A stretch of DNA of 32,000 nt from Dehalococcoidia bacterium (GTDB taxonomy: Bacteria; Chloroflexota; Dehalococcoidia; SHYB01), in contig DAOUKZ010000058.1 of the NCBI GenBank assembly GCA_034420775.1, positions 16,108 to 48,107 on the forward strand, read 5' to 3'. A program made the position numbers and the translations under genes. Each line of letters starts with the position of its first letter. The stretch's first letter is position 1. Positions 1-8,893 of the stretch are shown here, piece by piece. Under the pieces are notes generated by a model. The model was not told the DNA's origin. It was given only the letters and a program-made list of their open reading frames with translations, and searched no databases.

Positions 1-344
1 TTCCGGCCATACGCGAGCTGTACTGCGCCGAGACGACCGAGCAGGCGCTCATGGAGGCCGCGCCCTACGTGGGCGCCAAGTACGCCGCCTACGCCGATTG
101 GGGCCAGGACAAGACGATCAGCCCGACGGAGGACTTCCGCCGGGAGCTTGCCAAGCTCATGGAAGGCCGGTTCATCATCGGCAGCCCCGACGATTGCGCC
201 GCCGACCTCGCGCGGTGGGAGGCCTTGGGGCTTGGGCCCATCGTCCTGCGCATGCACTGGTCGGGCACGCCCTTCGAGCTCTCCCTCAAGAGCCTGCGGC
301 TCTTCGGCGAGCACGTCATCCCACGCTTCCGCGGCGCCGGTTGA
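1..344 (+). CDS. LLM-class (luciferase-like) flavin/F420-dependent oxidoreductase, C-terminal fragment (5' end outside window)
   Basis: The reading frame is open from base 3 (PAIRELYCAETTEQALMEAAPYVGAKYAAYADWGQDK...) and stops at 342-344. The C-terminal region is clearly paralogous to the end of the next gene (YxxYADWGQDK ... FIxGSxDD ...IPxFR). Confidence 0.7.
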   Translation, partial: PAIRELYCAETTEQALMEAAPYVGAKYAAYADWGQDKTISPTEDFRRELAKLMEGRFIIGSPDDCAADLARWEALGLGPIVLRMHWSGTPFELSLKSLRLFGEHVIPRFRGAG

Positions 345-387
345 CCCACACCAACCCTGTACACTAGGGCCGATACGGAGGATATCT

Positions 388-1407
388 ATGCGCTTCGGCA
401 TCATGGTCATGCCTCAACACCCCGCCACCGACTCGCCGGTCAAGCGGTTCCGGGAGACGGTCGAGTTGACGCGCATCGCGCGCGACGCGGGCTTGGACGG
501 CATCTGCGCCGGCCACCACTACCTCTCGCCTCCCTATCAGAACCTCCAGCACCTGCCCCTGCTGGCCCGCCTGGCCGCCGACTCGGGGGACATGGACGTC
601 ATCCTGTCCATCGTGCTCCTGGCGATCCTGAACCCCGTCGAGGTCGCCGAGAACGTGGCCACGCTGGACGTCATCACCGAGGGCCGCGCCGTCTTCGGCA
701 TCGGCCTCGGCTACCGCGACGTCGAGTACCAGGCCTTCGGGGTCCAGGTGAAGGACCGCGTCCCCCGCATGTACGAGGGGCTCGACCTCATTCGCCGCCT
801 ATGGACTGAGGACCAAGTCACCTTCCGCGGGCGGTTCTTCAACCTTACCGACGCGACCTGCACGATTCGGCCCATTCAGAAGCCGCATCCGCCCATCTGG
901 GTGGCCACCAACAGCGACGGGGCCACCGAACGGATCGGCGCGCAGGGCTTCCCCTGGTTCGTCAATCCCCACGCCGCGCTGCCGACGCTGGAAAGCCAGG
1001 CCAAGCTCTACGAAGACGCCGCCGCCAAGGCGGGCACGCCGCTCCCCAACGCGCGACCCATCCTCAAGGAGATGCACGTAGCCGAGACCCGGGAACAGGC
1101 GATTCGCATCGCGCAGCCCTATCTCGCCGGGAAATACCAGCGCTACGCCGACTGGGGACAGGACAAGGTGCTCCCCGGCGACGAGAGCTTCCGCATTCCC
1201 TTCGAGGAGCTCTCCGCCGATGGGCGCTTCATCGTCGGCAGCGTCGACGACGTCATCCACCAGATCGAGCTGCACCGCGACCGGCTCGGCGTCGACTACT
1301 TCCTCTTCCGCATCTGGTGGCCCAGCATGGAGGCCTACCACGCCTACCGCGTCGTCGAGATCCTCGCCGAGCGCATCATCCCGCACTTCAGGAAGTCGGC
1401 GGCCTAG
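388..1407 (+). CDS. LLM-class (luciferase-like) flavin/F420-dependent oxidoreductase
   Basis: The ATG at 388 (MRFGIMVMPQH...) is in frame with ORF 148..1407 and is preceded by GGAG at 377-380. Elements typical of luciferase-like monooxygenase family proteins are present (GLDGICAGHHY, FGIGLGYRDVEY, PPIWVATNS). The 148-387 extension is Ala/Ser/Pro-rich and overlaps the upstream gene. Confidence 0.8.
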   Translation: MRFGIMVMPQHPATDSPVKRFRETVELTRIARDAGLDGICAGHHYLSPPYQNLQHLPLLARLAADSGDMDVILSIVLLAILNPVEVAENVATLDVITEGRAVFGIGLGYRDVEYQAFGVQVKDRVPRMYEGLDLIRRLWTEDQVTFRGRFFNLTDATCTIRPIQKPHPPIWVATNSDGATERIGAQGFPWFVNPHAALPTLESQAKLYEDAAAKAGTPLPNARPILKEMHVAETREQAIRIAQPYLAGKYQRYADWGQDKVLPGDESFRIPFEELSADGRFIVGSVDDVIHQIELHRDRLGVDYFLFRIWWPSMEAYHAYRVVEILAERIIPHFRKSAA

Positions 1408-1424
1408 CAGCTCCCCACCGGCGA

Positions 1425-2834
1425 TTACTCCTCCTTGTCATCGTCCTCGTCGTCTTCGGCTTCCGGCATGAGGACGAATTCGGGGTAGGCTTCGAGGCCG
1501 AGTTCGGCGGCATCCTGGCCGAGGCGCTCGACCTGCGGCGGCACCCGGAGCGTAATCGTCATGTCCAGTACGCGCCACAGTACCCACGAGACCGCGAAGA
1601 CGAACGCGCCGATCGTCACGATGCCGAGCAGTTGGACGCCGAAGTCTCCGCCGGCGGCGATGCAGACGGCCAGCGTTCCCCAGATGCCGGCGAACAGGTG
1701 GGCTGGTACGGCGCCGACCACGTCATCCAGCCGCAGCTTCTCGAAGAGCTTGAGGCCCAGGGTGCAGATGAGGCCTCCAATGGCGCCGATGACGACCGCC
1801 CAATAGTGGTCGACAAAAGTGGGACCCGCCGTAATCGACACAAGTCCCGCGATCGCCCCGTTCAGGCCGGCGAAAAGGTCTATGCGTCCGAGAATGTAGC
1901 GGGACACGGCGAGGGCGGCCATGACGCCGGCCGCCGCCGCCAGGTTGGTGTTGGCCAACACGTGGCTCATCGACACCGCGTCGGCCGCGCTTCCCAGCGC
2001 CAGCTGCGAACCCCCATTGAAGCCGAACCAACCGAACCAGAGGATGAAGACACCCAGCGTCACCACCAAGATGTTCGAGGGCGGCGTGGGCCTTGGGGTG
2101 CCGTCGCGGCGGAATTTGCCCAGCCTTGGCCCGATGACCAGGATGCCCGCGAGCGCCGCCCAACCGCCGACGCCGTGGACGATGGTCGACCCGGCGATGT
2201 CCTGGAACCCTTCCTGGTGAAGCCAGCCGCCGCCCCACGTCCAAGCCCCCACGATGGGGTAGATGATCGCGGTGAGCAGCAGCACGAACAGGAAGAACGT
2301 CCACATCTTCACCCGTTCGGCGAGCGCGCCCGAGACGATGGAGGCTGCCGTCGCCACGAATACCATCTGGAAGAACCAGTCCGACATCGTGGCGTAGCTG
2401 CTTCCTTCCAGAACGGCGGCCTCTGCGTTGCCGTCTCCCCCCACCAGCGCGATCTCCTCAGCGGTCGGTCCGTAGAGGAACGTGAACGAGCCGATCACGT
2501 TGCCCACGTCGACGTACATCAGGTTGTAGCCGATGAAGAAATAGGCGAGCCCGGCGATCGAGTACAGCCCGATGTTCTTCAGGCAGATCATCGACGCGTT
2601 CTTGGTGCGGACCGAACCCGACTCGAGCATGGTGAAGCCGGCGCACATCCACATCACCAATGCTCCCCAGATGAGGAACGAGAAGGTGTTGAAGACGAAC
2701 GCGGTCTCCTCTCCGACGCCCGTCGCATGGGCCACGGACGGGCGGGCCAGGAAGAGAATGATCGTCGCGACGCCGGTCGCGGCAAGGATGCTGGGAAGAC
2801 GGTGATGGGAAAGGACTCGTGTGAGCGTGTTCAA
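1425..2834 (-). CDS. amt: Ammonium transporter (Amt family)
   Basis: 469-aa polytopic membrane protein with Amt-type blocks (FNTFSFLIWGALVMWMCAGFTMLESGSVRTKN, IAGSTIVHGVGGWAALAG, WFGWFGFNGGS, VVGAVPAHLFAGIWGTL). It starts at TTG 2834, 6 nt after a GGAGG that overlaps the upstream stop codon. The C-terminal tail is acidic. Confidence 0.9.
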   Translation of the reverse strand: MNTLTRVLSHHRLPSILAATGVATIILFLARPSVAHATGVGEETAFVFNTFSFLIWGALVMWMCAGFTMLESGSVRTKNASMICLKNIGLYSIAGLAYFFIGYNLMYVDVGNVIGSFTFLYGPTAEEIALVGGDGNAEAAVLEGSSYATMSDWFFQMVFVATAASIVSGALAERVKMWTFFLFVLLLTAIIYPIVGAWTWGGGWLHQEGFQDIAGSTIVHGVGGWAALAGILVIGPRLGKFRRDGTPRPTPPSNILVVTLGVFILWFGWFGFNGGSQLALGSAADAVSMSHVLANTNLAAAAGVMAALAVSRYILGRIDLFAGLNGAIAGLVSITAGPTFVDHYWAVVIGAIGGLICTLGLKLFEKLRLDDVVGAVPAHLFAGIWGTLAVCIAAGGDFGVQLLGIVTIGAFVFAVSWVLWRVLDMTITLRVPPQVERLGQDAAELGLEAYPEFVLMPEAEDDEDDDKEE

Positions 2835-2847
2835 GCCGTACCTCCTC

Positions 2848-3312
2848 TTACGTTTGCGCCCATCGCGCCAGTGCCTTTTCGGGCGACGCGATCTCTTCGA
2901 TTCGGGTGTAGTAGAAGTCCTGCCAGCCCTCTTCGGGCAGGCCGGTGAACAGCATCAGGTTGAGGGGGTAGGCCTCGCTGTCGGTAGCGCGGCGGAAATC
3001 GTCCCGGAAGAGGAAGGTCGGCTTGCCCAGCGCGATGGCCATGCCAAGCTCGACCATCACCCCCTCGTCCGGCGGCACGCCGTTGACCACCGCGAAGATC
3101 CCGTCGGACTCGACTACGTCGCGGAAGTCGCCCTGCCCGACACGGTAGGCCCACCCCGGCTCTGAGAGGTTCTCCGGGGCGTTGTTTCGAGAGAACGGCT
3201 CCCAGACCTCCAACTCCAACGCCTCCAGCGCCGCAGTCAGTGGCGGCAGCAGCGCCGCCCGCTGCTGTGCGGAGAAACCGTACGGATTCGCCAGGTAGAC
3301 CGTCTTCCCCAT
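2848..3312 (-). CDS. Nucleoside 2-deoxyribosyltransferase-like protein
   Basis: 154-aa protein with MGKTVYLANPYGF at the N-terminus and GIFAVVNG...DEGVMVELGMAIALGKP, a pattern typical of the nucleoside deoxyribosyltransferase (PF05014-like) fold. Its stop lies 13 nt upstream of the amt start, so the two are probably co-transcribed. Confidence 0.6.
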   Translation of the reverse strand: MGKTVYLANPYGFSAQQRAALLPPLTAALEALELEVWEPFSRNNAPENLSEPGWAYRVGQGDFRDVVESDGIFAVVNGVPPDEGVMVELGMAIALGKPTFLFRDDFRRATDSEAYPLNLMLFTGLPEEGWQDFYYTRIEEIASPEKALARWAQT

Positions 3313-3382
3313 CTCTGCGCGCCGCCCGCCTCACGCGAGATCGCCGACCCGCGTGGTGTGGCGGGTTAGATTGCCCGGCCGG

Positions 3383-3787
3383 CTAGGCTTCCCTGTACAT
3401 GTAGAAGGCGCTCGACCCCAGCACGAGCGGCAGTCCAACGTCGATGACGACCCAGAACTGACCGTCCCCGCCGTTGCCCCACTTCAGGTCCACCCAGTTC
3501 CACAGGAGGAGCAAGAGCAACGCCGCCGCTGCGTAGAAGGTGACATTTCCCGCAATGAACTCCTTGACGTCCGTCCGGGTGTGCATGAGGCGCAACCGCG
3601 CGATCCCCCCGATGACGGCAAACGCGACGGCGGCGATCATGCAGTAATTGAGGATGTCCCAGATTGTCCGCGCGGTCTCCTCCACGTTGGGGTCGTAGAT
3701 TGGCGTCGCGACGAAGTGGCCCGCCACCGCCACCGCCACGAGCATCATGAATATCGCCGCCACCCGTGTCAGCCCCGATACGACCAT
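3383..3787 (-). CDS. Small integral membrane protein, unknown function
   Basis: 134 aa with about four hydrophobic helices. A GGGAGGG Shine-Dalgarno lies 4-5 nt upstream of ATG 3787. No recognisable family motif. Confidence 0.5.
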   Translation of the reverse strand: MVVSGLTRVAAIFMMLVAVAVAGHFVATPIYDPNVEETARTIWDILNYCMIAAVAFAVIGGIARLRLMHTRTDVKEFIAGNVTFYAAAALLLLLLWNWVDLKWGNGGDGQFWVVIDVGLPLVLGSSAFYMYREA

Positions 3788-3942
3788 AACGCCCTCCCGT
3801 CGGTAAGAGTCCGCGGACCTGCGGCACAGTGTAGGCGAACCTCAAACCGCGTTCAATAACGCTACCCGCGTCTCCTGCGGCCCCACGCCGCTGCCCTCCC
3901 GTAGAATTAAGGCGCCGCGGCCCGCGGCCGAGGAGGAGCACC

Positions 3943-4335
3943 ATGCCCGACGGCGCGTTCACCCTGTTCAAGACCTTCGTCCACCTCGAGGATGGCCCGG
4001 GGGCGTCCGAGGTCGCCGTCGGCGACCGGTTCTGGGAGGAGATCGGCAGCCGCGCCGACCTTCAGGAAGGACGCCTCGTCACCGCCGCTCATTGGGAGGA
4101 GGATTGGTCCGTCTGGGAGCGCCACCCCGCCGGCGACGAGATCGTCTTCGTCCTCTGGGGCCGTGCCGACCTCGTCCTGCAAGAAGACGGCGGCGAACGC
4201 ATTGTCCCCCTTCCCTCTGGCCATGCCTGCATCGTGCCTCGGGGCGTCTGGCACACCGCCCGCGTTCCCGAGCCCACCAACGCCCTCGCGATCACGCGCG
4301 GCGCCGGCACCGAGCACCGCCCCATAGCGGGGTAG
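3943..4335 (+). CDS. Cupin-domain protein
   Basis: 130 aa with the two cupin motifs (WERHPAGDEIVFVLWG and PSGHACIVPRGVWHTA). A strong GAGGAGGAG ribosome-binding site lies upstream. Confidence 0.7.
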   Translation: MPDGAFTLFKTFVHLEDGPGASEVAVGDRFWEEIGSRADLQEGRLVTAAHWEEDWSVWERHPAGDEIVFVLWGRADLVLQEDGGERIVPLPSGHACIVPRGVWHTARVPEPTNALAITRGAGTEHRPIAG

Positions 4336-4394
4336 TATCGCAACCGCCGCCGAAGTCGTAGAATAGCCTCAATATCGTAGATAGGAGTGGTGCA

Positions 4395-5027
4395 ATGTCT
4401 GAACTACGCGATGCTCAGATCGACCTCGAACAGTCCCTGCTCAAGCCCATCACCGACGCCTTTCCCCAGGCCAGGGGCATCAACATCGAGGTCGAAATCT
4501 GGCAGGACAACCGGCGGAAGCGCGGCGACGCTGCCCTCGAAAGCTGGCAACCCGGCAGGGACGGCGAGATCAGGATCCGCTTCGCCGCCCCGGCCCGCTC
4601 CGGTTCGTGGTCACGCGACTACGACGCGGCCGGCGCCGAAAGCGCCGAGCCCCCGCTCGACCCAGAAGACCTGCGCCGCGACCTCCTTGAGTCGCTGGAG
4701 ATCGCGGAGCGCCGGCCCGGCTTCGACTTCGTCGCCCTCAAATGGTTCCGCGACCTCTTCCTGCCCGCCGAATGTCCAGAATGGGCGGAGTCTCGCGCGC
4801 TCCGCGACCGGGCCGTCCGCAGCGCCATCGAGGACGGGGTGATCCTCACCAACAAGGTGCCGAACCCTAAGAACCCTGCCTTCCCCGTGACCGCGATCCG
4901 CGTGAACCGGGCCCACCCGGAGGTCATCGGCCTGCTGGGCGAGGACGATTCCGACGGCCCGCGCTTCCGCCCCGTCTCCATGCGGGGCGAGCCGCTCTCC
5001 AAGACGGTGCTCGACGAAAGACGCTAG
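4395..5027 (+). CDS. Hypothetical protein; putative atypical (long) antitoxin partner of the downstream PIN toxin
   Basis: 210-aa ORF with AGGAG 7 nt upstream. It stops 3 nt before the PIN-gene start. The C-terminal tail (RPVSMRGEPLSKTVLDERR) resembles my recollection of toxin-binding tails on PIN-associated antitoxins. The central part (FVALKWFRD...AIEDGVILTNKVPNPKNPAFPVTAIRVN) looks wHTH-like. These are inferences only. Confidence 0.45.
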   Translation: MSELRDAQIDLEQSLLKPITDAFPQARGINIEVEIWQDNRRKRGDAALESWQPGRDGEIRIRFAAPARSGSWSRDYDAAGAESAEPPLDPEDLRRDLLESLEIAERRPGFDFVALKWFRDLFLPAECPEWAESRALRDRAVRSAIEDGVILTNKVPNPKNPAFPVTAIRVNRAHPEVIGLLGEDDSDGPRFRPVSMRGEPLSKTVLDERR

Positions 5028-5030
5028 GCG

Positions 5031-5477
5031 GTGGCGCTCTACTACCTCGACACGAGCGCGCTGGTCAAGCTCTACGTTGCCGAACCCGGCACCGAGCGCA
5101 TGTTGGACCTCGCCGACAGCGAGGATGCTAACCAGTTCGCGGTGCTCTCCATCGCCCAGGCCGAGCTCTGGTCGGCGTTGGGCCGACGCCAGCGGGACGG
5201 CGCCATCGACGATGAGGAGGCCTCCGACCTCCTCGACCGCTTCAGCGAGGACCTGGAGTCGTTCTTCCTTCGCCAGAACGTCAACGACGCCGTGATCGAC
5301 CTCGCCTGCGCCCTTCTGGAGCGCCACCCGCTGCGGGCCGACGACGCGCTGCAGCTCGCAGGCTGCCTCACCCTCAGGCCGGCGGCTCCCGACACGCCGG
5401 TGTTCACCAGCGCCGACGACGACCTGCTCGACATCGCCGAGGAGGAAGGGCTGCGCACCTTCAACCCCGTCGAGTAG
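5031..5477 (+). CDS. vapC: PIN-domain ribonuclease toxin (VapC-like)
   Basis: It starts at GTG with the typical PIN N-terminus (ALYYLDTSALVKL). Additional conserved acidic positions are present (AQAELW, RADDALQLA, SADDDLL). Size is 148 aa and the gene is tightly coupled to the upstream ORF. Confidence 0.75.
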   Translation: MALYYLDTSALVKLYVAEPGTERMLDLADSEDANQFAVLSIAQAELWSALGRRQRDGAIDDEEASDLLDRFSEDLESFFLRQNVNDAVIDLACALLERHPLRADDALQLAGCLTLRPAAPDTPVFTSADDDLLDIAEEEGLRTFNPVE

Positions 5478-5510
5478 CGCAGCGGTCCAGTTGGCGACGC
5501 TGTCCCGCCG

Positions 5511-5539
5511 TTGACAGGGAAGAAGCCGTCTCCTAGACT
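5511..5539 (+). promoter_or_regulatory. Putative sigma70-type promoter of the DUF35-thiolase gene pair (TTGACA-N17-TAGACT)
   Basis: Perfect -35 TTGACA at 5511-5516, a 17-nt spacer, then TAGACT at 5534-5539. It lies about 25 nt upstream of ATG 5564, which has no obvious Shine-Dalgarno, so the leader would be short. Confidence 0.4.
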
Positions 5540-5563
5540 CGCGGCGCCCCCAGCGCGCTTCCT

Positions 5564-5977
5564 ATGACCTCTTCGCCACGCACCCGGCCGCTACCCGTTC
5601 CCACCGACTTCTCGCGCCCATTCTGGGAGGGGACGCGGGCCGGACGGCTGCTGGTCCCTAGGTGCTCCGACTGTGGCTTCTACCGCTGGACGCCGCAGCC
5701 CGCCTGCCCCCGCTGCCTCTCCGAGGCCTTCGAGTGGACCGAGGTCAGCGGGCGGGGTGAGATCTACAGCTTCTCCGTGATCTACCGTTCCGCCGACCCC
5801 GTCGTCTTTCCCGACCCCTATGTGGTCGCCGTCGTCCGGCTGGAGGAAGGCCCGGCCATGCTCAGCACCATCGTGGGCTGCCCGTTCGAGGAGCTACGGG
5901 TCGGGATGGCCGTCGAGGTGTCCTTCGAGAAGGTGACTGACGAAATCACCCTCTACCCCTTCAGGCCGGCCTCCTGA
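5564..5977 (+). CDS. Zn-ribbon/OB-fold protein (DUF35 family), thiolase partner
   Basis: 137 aa with the FWEG motif, a four-Cys rubredoxin-like ribbon (CSDCGFYRWTPQPACPRC) and then an OB-fold region. Its stop overlaps the thiolase start (ATGA at 5975-5979). Confidence 0.8.
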   Translation: MTSSPRTRPLPVPTDFSRPFWEGTRAGRLLVPRCSDCGFYRWTPQPACPRCLSEAFEWTEVSGRGEIYSFSVIYRSADPVVFPDPYVVAVVRLEEGPAMLSTIVGCPFEELRVGMAVEVSFEKVTDEITLYPFRPAS

Positions 5978-7209
5978 TGCCGGCGCCCCGCGACGCGGCC
6001 ATCGTCGGCCTCTACACGACGAAGCAGACGCGCGGCGAGGGCCGCAGCGGCTTTTCGCACGCCATGGAGGCGCTCCGCGGCGCCCTGGACGACGCGGGTC
6101 TGACCATCCAGGACGTCCAGGGCCTGTTCGTCCAGCTCGATGCCTGGCCGCAGAATCCGGCGGCGCCCGTCTACGGCATGAAGGCGAACTGGCCGTACCT
6201 GTTGGGCATTCCGCTTCGCTGGCAGACCGGCGCGGTCAACGCCGCCGACAGCGGCGCGCCGGCCATCATCGACGCCGCCGCGGCGATCAAGACCGGCAAC
6301 GTCGACACGGTCGCCATCATCCTGGGGCGGGGCATGACCCAGCCCCCAGACGGCCGCACCGCCCCGTGGACGCGCCACGTCCAGGAGTTCACCGGCTGGA
6401 CGGGCTCCTACACCGCGATCCAGTTCGCGCTCGTCGCCTCGCGGCACATGGCGGTCTACGGCACGACGCCCGAGCAGCTTGCCGCGGCCTCGGCCACGGT
6501 GCGCAACTACGGCAACGTGAACCCGCAGGCGTTGATGTACGGCCGGGGCCCCTACGATGTCGACCGTGTCGTCAACGCCCGCATGATCGCGACGCCGCTC
6601 ACCGTGCTGATGTGCGCCCAGGTCAACGACGGGGGCGGCGCCATGATCATCACCACCGCCGAGCGGGCGCGCGACCTCAAGAAGCCGCCGGTGCACATCC
6701 TCGGGGGCGGCGACCAGCTTTCCTATCCCGCCTACACCGAGGCGCCGCTGCTTGAGCACCACCTCGGCGGCCCCTTCGCCACGGACTGGGTCGACAAGGG
6801 CTTCGCCCGCGCCGGGGTGACCCGCGACGACGTCGACTTCGTCGAGCTGTACGACGGCTTCGCCATCTGGATGCTGACCCAGTGGGAGATGCTCGGCTTC
6901 TGCAAGCCCGGCGAGGGCGGGCCGTTCGTCGAGAGTGGCGTCATGGAGCTCGACGGGCGCTATCCCACCTGCACGGACGGCGGCTGCATGTCGTTCAGTC
7001 ACAACGGCACGCCGTCGCTCTTCCGGCCCATCGAGGCCGCCCGCCAGCTCCGGGGCGAGGTCATGGACGACTGCCCCGGCTGGGAGCGGGGCGAGCATTC
7101 CTACCTGAAGGGCGCCTGCCGGGCCGTCAAGGACGCCAAGATCGGCATGGCGGTGACGATGGGCCCGCCCACCGGCGGCGGCAACTTCGTCCTCCTCGCC
7201 AAGGACTAG
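5977..7209 (+). CDS. Thiolase-superfamily protein, SCP-x / lipid-transfer-protein type
   Basis: 410 aa. The C-terminal region (ELYDGFAIWMLTQWEMLGFCKPGEGGPFV...TDGGCMSFSHNG) is typical of the non-classical thiolases that pair with DUF35 proteins. Confidence 0.8.
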   Translation: MPAPRDAAIVGLYTTKQTRGEGRSGFSHAMEALRGALDDAGLTIQDVQGLFVQLDAWPQNPAAPVYGMKANWPYLLGIPLRWQTGAVNAADSGAPAIIDAAAAIKTGNVDTVAIILGRGMTQPPDGRTAPWTRHVQEFTGWTGSYTAIQFALVASRHMAVYGTTPEQLAAASATVRNYGNVNPQALMYGRGPYDVDRVVNARMIATPLTVLMCAQVNDGGGAMIITTAERARDLKKPPVHILGGGDQLSYPAYTEAPLLEHHLGGPFATDWVDKGFARAGVTRDDVDFVELYDGFAIWMLTQWEMLGFCKPGEGGPFVESGVMELDGRYPTCTDGGCMSFSHNGTPSLFRPIEAARQLRGEVMDDCPGWERGEHSYLKGACRAVKDAKIGMAVTMGPPTGGGNFVLLAKD

Positions 7210-7304
7210 GCGCTCGCCGCTTTTCCCCCAGGGCTTGCCCCTTCTCCGCCGCCGAAGCTACCATGCGCCGCAGTCCCGGGATGGGATGACGGGAGGCGAG
7301 AGCT

Positions 7305-8108
7305 ATGGCTTCGTGGACGGGGAAAGTTGCGTTCGTGACGGGTGCGGGGATGGGGATCGGGCGCGCGACGGCGGTCCGGTTCGCACGGATCGGGGCGAAC
7401 GTGGTGGCGGTCGACGTGGACGACGAGGCCGGGCGCGAGACGATCGGCGAGATCGGCCATGGGGACAGCAAGGCGATCTTCGTCCAGGCCGACGTGTCGT
7501 CGGAGAGCGACGTGGCCGGGGCGGTCGAGAAGGCCGTCTCCACCTTCGGGCGCATCGACCTGCTCCATAACAATGCAGCCATCATGCGCCGGCACGACTC
7601 GCTCGAAGCGTGGCCCATCGAGGAGTTCCGCCGCGTGATCGACGTCAACCTGAACGCGCCCTTCCTGGTGGCCAAGGTGGTCGCGCCGGTGATGCGCGAC
7701 GGCGGGGGCGGCGTCATCATCAACATGTCGTCGCAGGGCGGGCTGGTCTCGGTGCCGTACTCGCCGAGCTACGCCGCGGCGAAGGCGGGCGTGATCTCGC
7801 TCACGCGCACCCTCCCCGACATGCTCCGGGGGACGAACATCCGAGTGAACGCGATCTGCCCCGGCTTCACCGACACGCCCATGACCCGGAACCCGCGGGC
7901 GCGGGCCAACCTGGGGTCCGTGGCGATGGCCCCGATGGACGCCGACGACCTCGCCCGCGCGGTGCAGTACCTCGCCGAGCGCGAGGACCTCGACCGCTTC
8001 ATGATGGTCGTGGCCCGCGACGCTGAAGGCAGGGTCGAGTACCTGCAGGTCCAAGACCCGCCCGCGCAGACCGCCATCGGCTTGGCCGACGACATCGGCC
8101 CCCAATGA
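7305..8108 (+). CDS. Short-chain dehydrogenase/reductase (SDR) 1
   Basis: TGAGMGIGRA glycine-rich NAD(P) motif, NNAA, and the YSPSYAAAK catalytic Yxxx(x)K region. GGGAGG Shine-Dalgarno upstream. Confidence 0.85.
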   Translation: MASWTGKVAFVTGAGMGIGRATAVRFARIGANVVAVDVDDEAGRETIGEIGHGDSKAIFVQADVSSESDVAGAVEKAVSTFGRIDLLHNNAAIMRRHDSLEAWPIEEFRRVIDVNLNAPFLVAKVVAPVMRDGGGGVIINMSSQGGLVSVPYSPSYAAAKAGVISLTRTLPDMLRGTNIRVNAICPGFTDTPMTRNPRARANLGSVAMAPMDADDLARAVQYLAEREDLDRFMMVVARDAEGRVEYLQVQDPPAQTAIGLADDIGPQ

Positions 8109-8893
8109 ACCGCGCCGACGGCAAGGTTGCCATCGTGACCGGGGCCGCCGGCGGCATCGGCCGCGCCTCGGCGCTGCTCTTCGCCGAACGCGGCGCGAAG
8201 GTCGTTGTCGTTGACCTGAAGGAAGAGGAGGGCGCGGAGACCGCTCACATGATCGCCATGAGCGGCGGCGAGGCCATCTTCGCCGCGGCCGACGTCTCCG
8301 ACGTACCCCAGGTGCAGGAGCTGGTGGGCACGGCGCTGACCGCCTACGGGCGGGTCGACTACCTCCACAACAACGCCGCGATCATCGCCCACCACCGCGA
8401 CGTCGACGAGATCGGCGTCGACGAGTGGCGGCGCATCATCGACGTCAACCTGTCTTCGCTTTTCATCTGCTCCAAGGCCGTCATCCCGATGATGCGGACG
8501 CAGGGCGGCGGCGCCATCGTCAACACCTCGTCGGGCGCGGGGGTGGCGGCCTACGGCATCGCCCTCGCCTACTCCGCCGCCAAATTCGGCGTTCTGGGCC
8601 TGACCCAGGGTCTGCAGCAGCTCGTCGAGGGCGACAACATCCGCGTGAACGCGGTGCTGCCGGGCATGACGCGGACGCCGATGCTCGAGGTCTCCGACAC
8701 GGGCCGCGCCGCCCTCCAGAAGCCGGAGATGCTCCTCGACCCCATGGACCTCGCCCGCGCGGTCTTCTACCTCGCGGTCAACGAGGAGATGCGCGCGGCC
8801 CTAGTCTACACGAGCCTGGGCGACGACGGCCCGGTCTACGATCTCGTGCTCCCCAACCAGTACGAACGCCTGAGCGGCGTGGAGGCATTCTGA
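8105..8893 (+). CDS. Short-chain dehydrogenase/reductase (SDR) 2
   Basis: TGAAGGIGRA, NNAA and YSAAK motifs. The start overlaps the SDR1 stop (ATGA). Confidence 0.85.
   Translation: MNRADGKVAIVTGAAGGIGRASALLFAERGAKVVVVDLKEEEGAETAHMIAMSGGEAIFAAADVSDVPQVQELVGTALTAYGRVDYLHNNAAIIAHHRDVDEIGVDEWRRIIDVNLSSLFICSKAVIPMMRTQGGGAIVNTSSGAGVAAYGIALAYSAAKFGVLGLTQGLQQLVEGDNIRVNAVLPGMTRTPMLEVSDTGRAALQKPEMLLDPMDLARAVFYLAVNEEMRAALVYTSLGDDGPVYDLVLPNQYERLSGVEAF

Noticed and set aside
148-387. N-terminal extension of the second LLM oxidoreductase ORF (start at 148)
   Set aside because: The extension overlaps the upstream gene in another frame and is Ala/Ser/Pro/Arg-rich. An ATG with an upstream GGAG at 388 gives a canonical family N-terminus.
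1317-2948. 543-aa plus-strand ORF covering the whole amt locus
   Set aside because: It is antisense to a convincing Amt gene. The translation is Arg/Asp/His/Gly-rich low complexity, typical of shadow ORFs in high-GC DNA.
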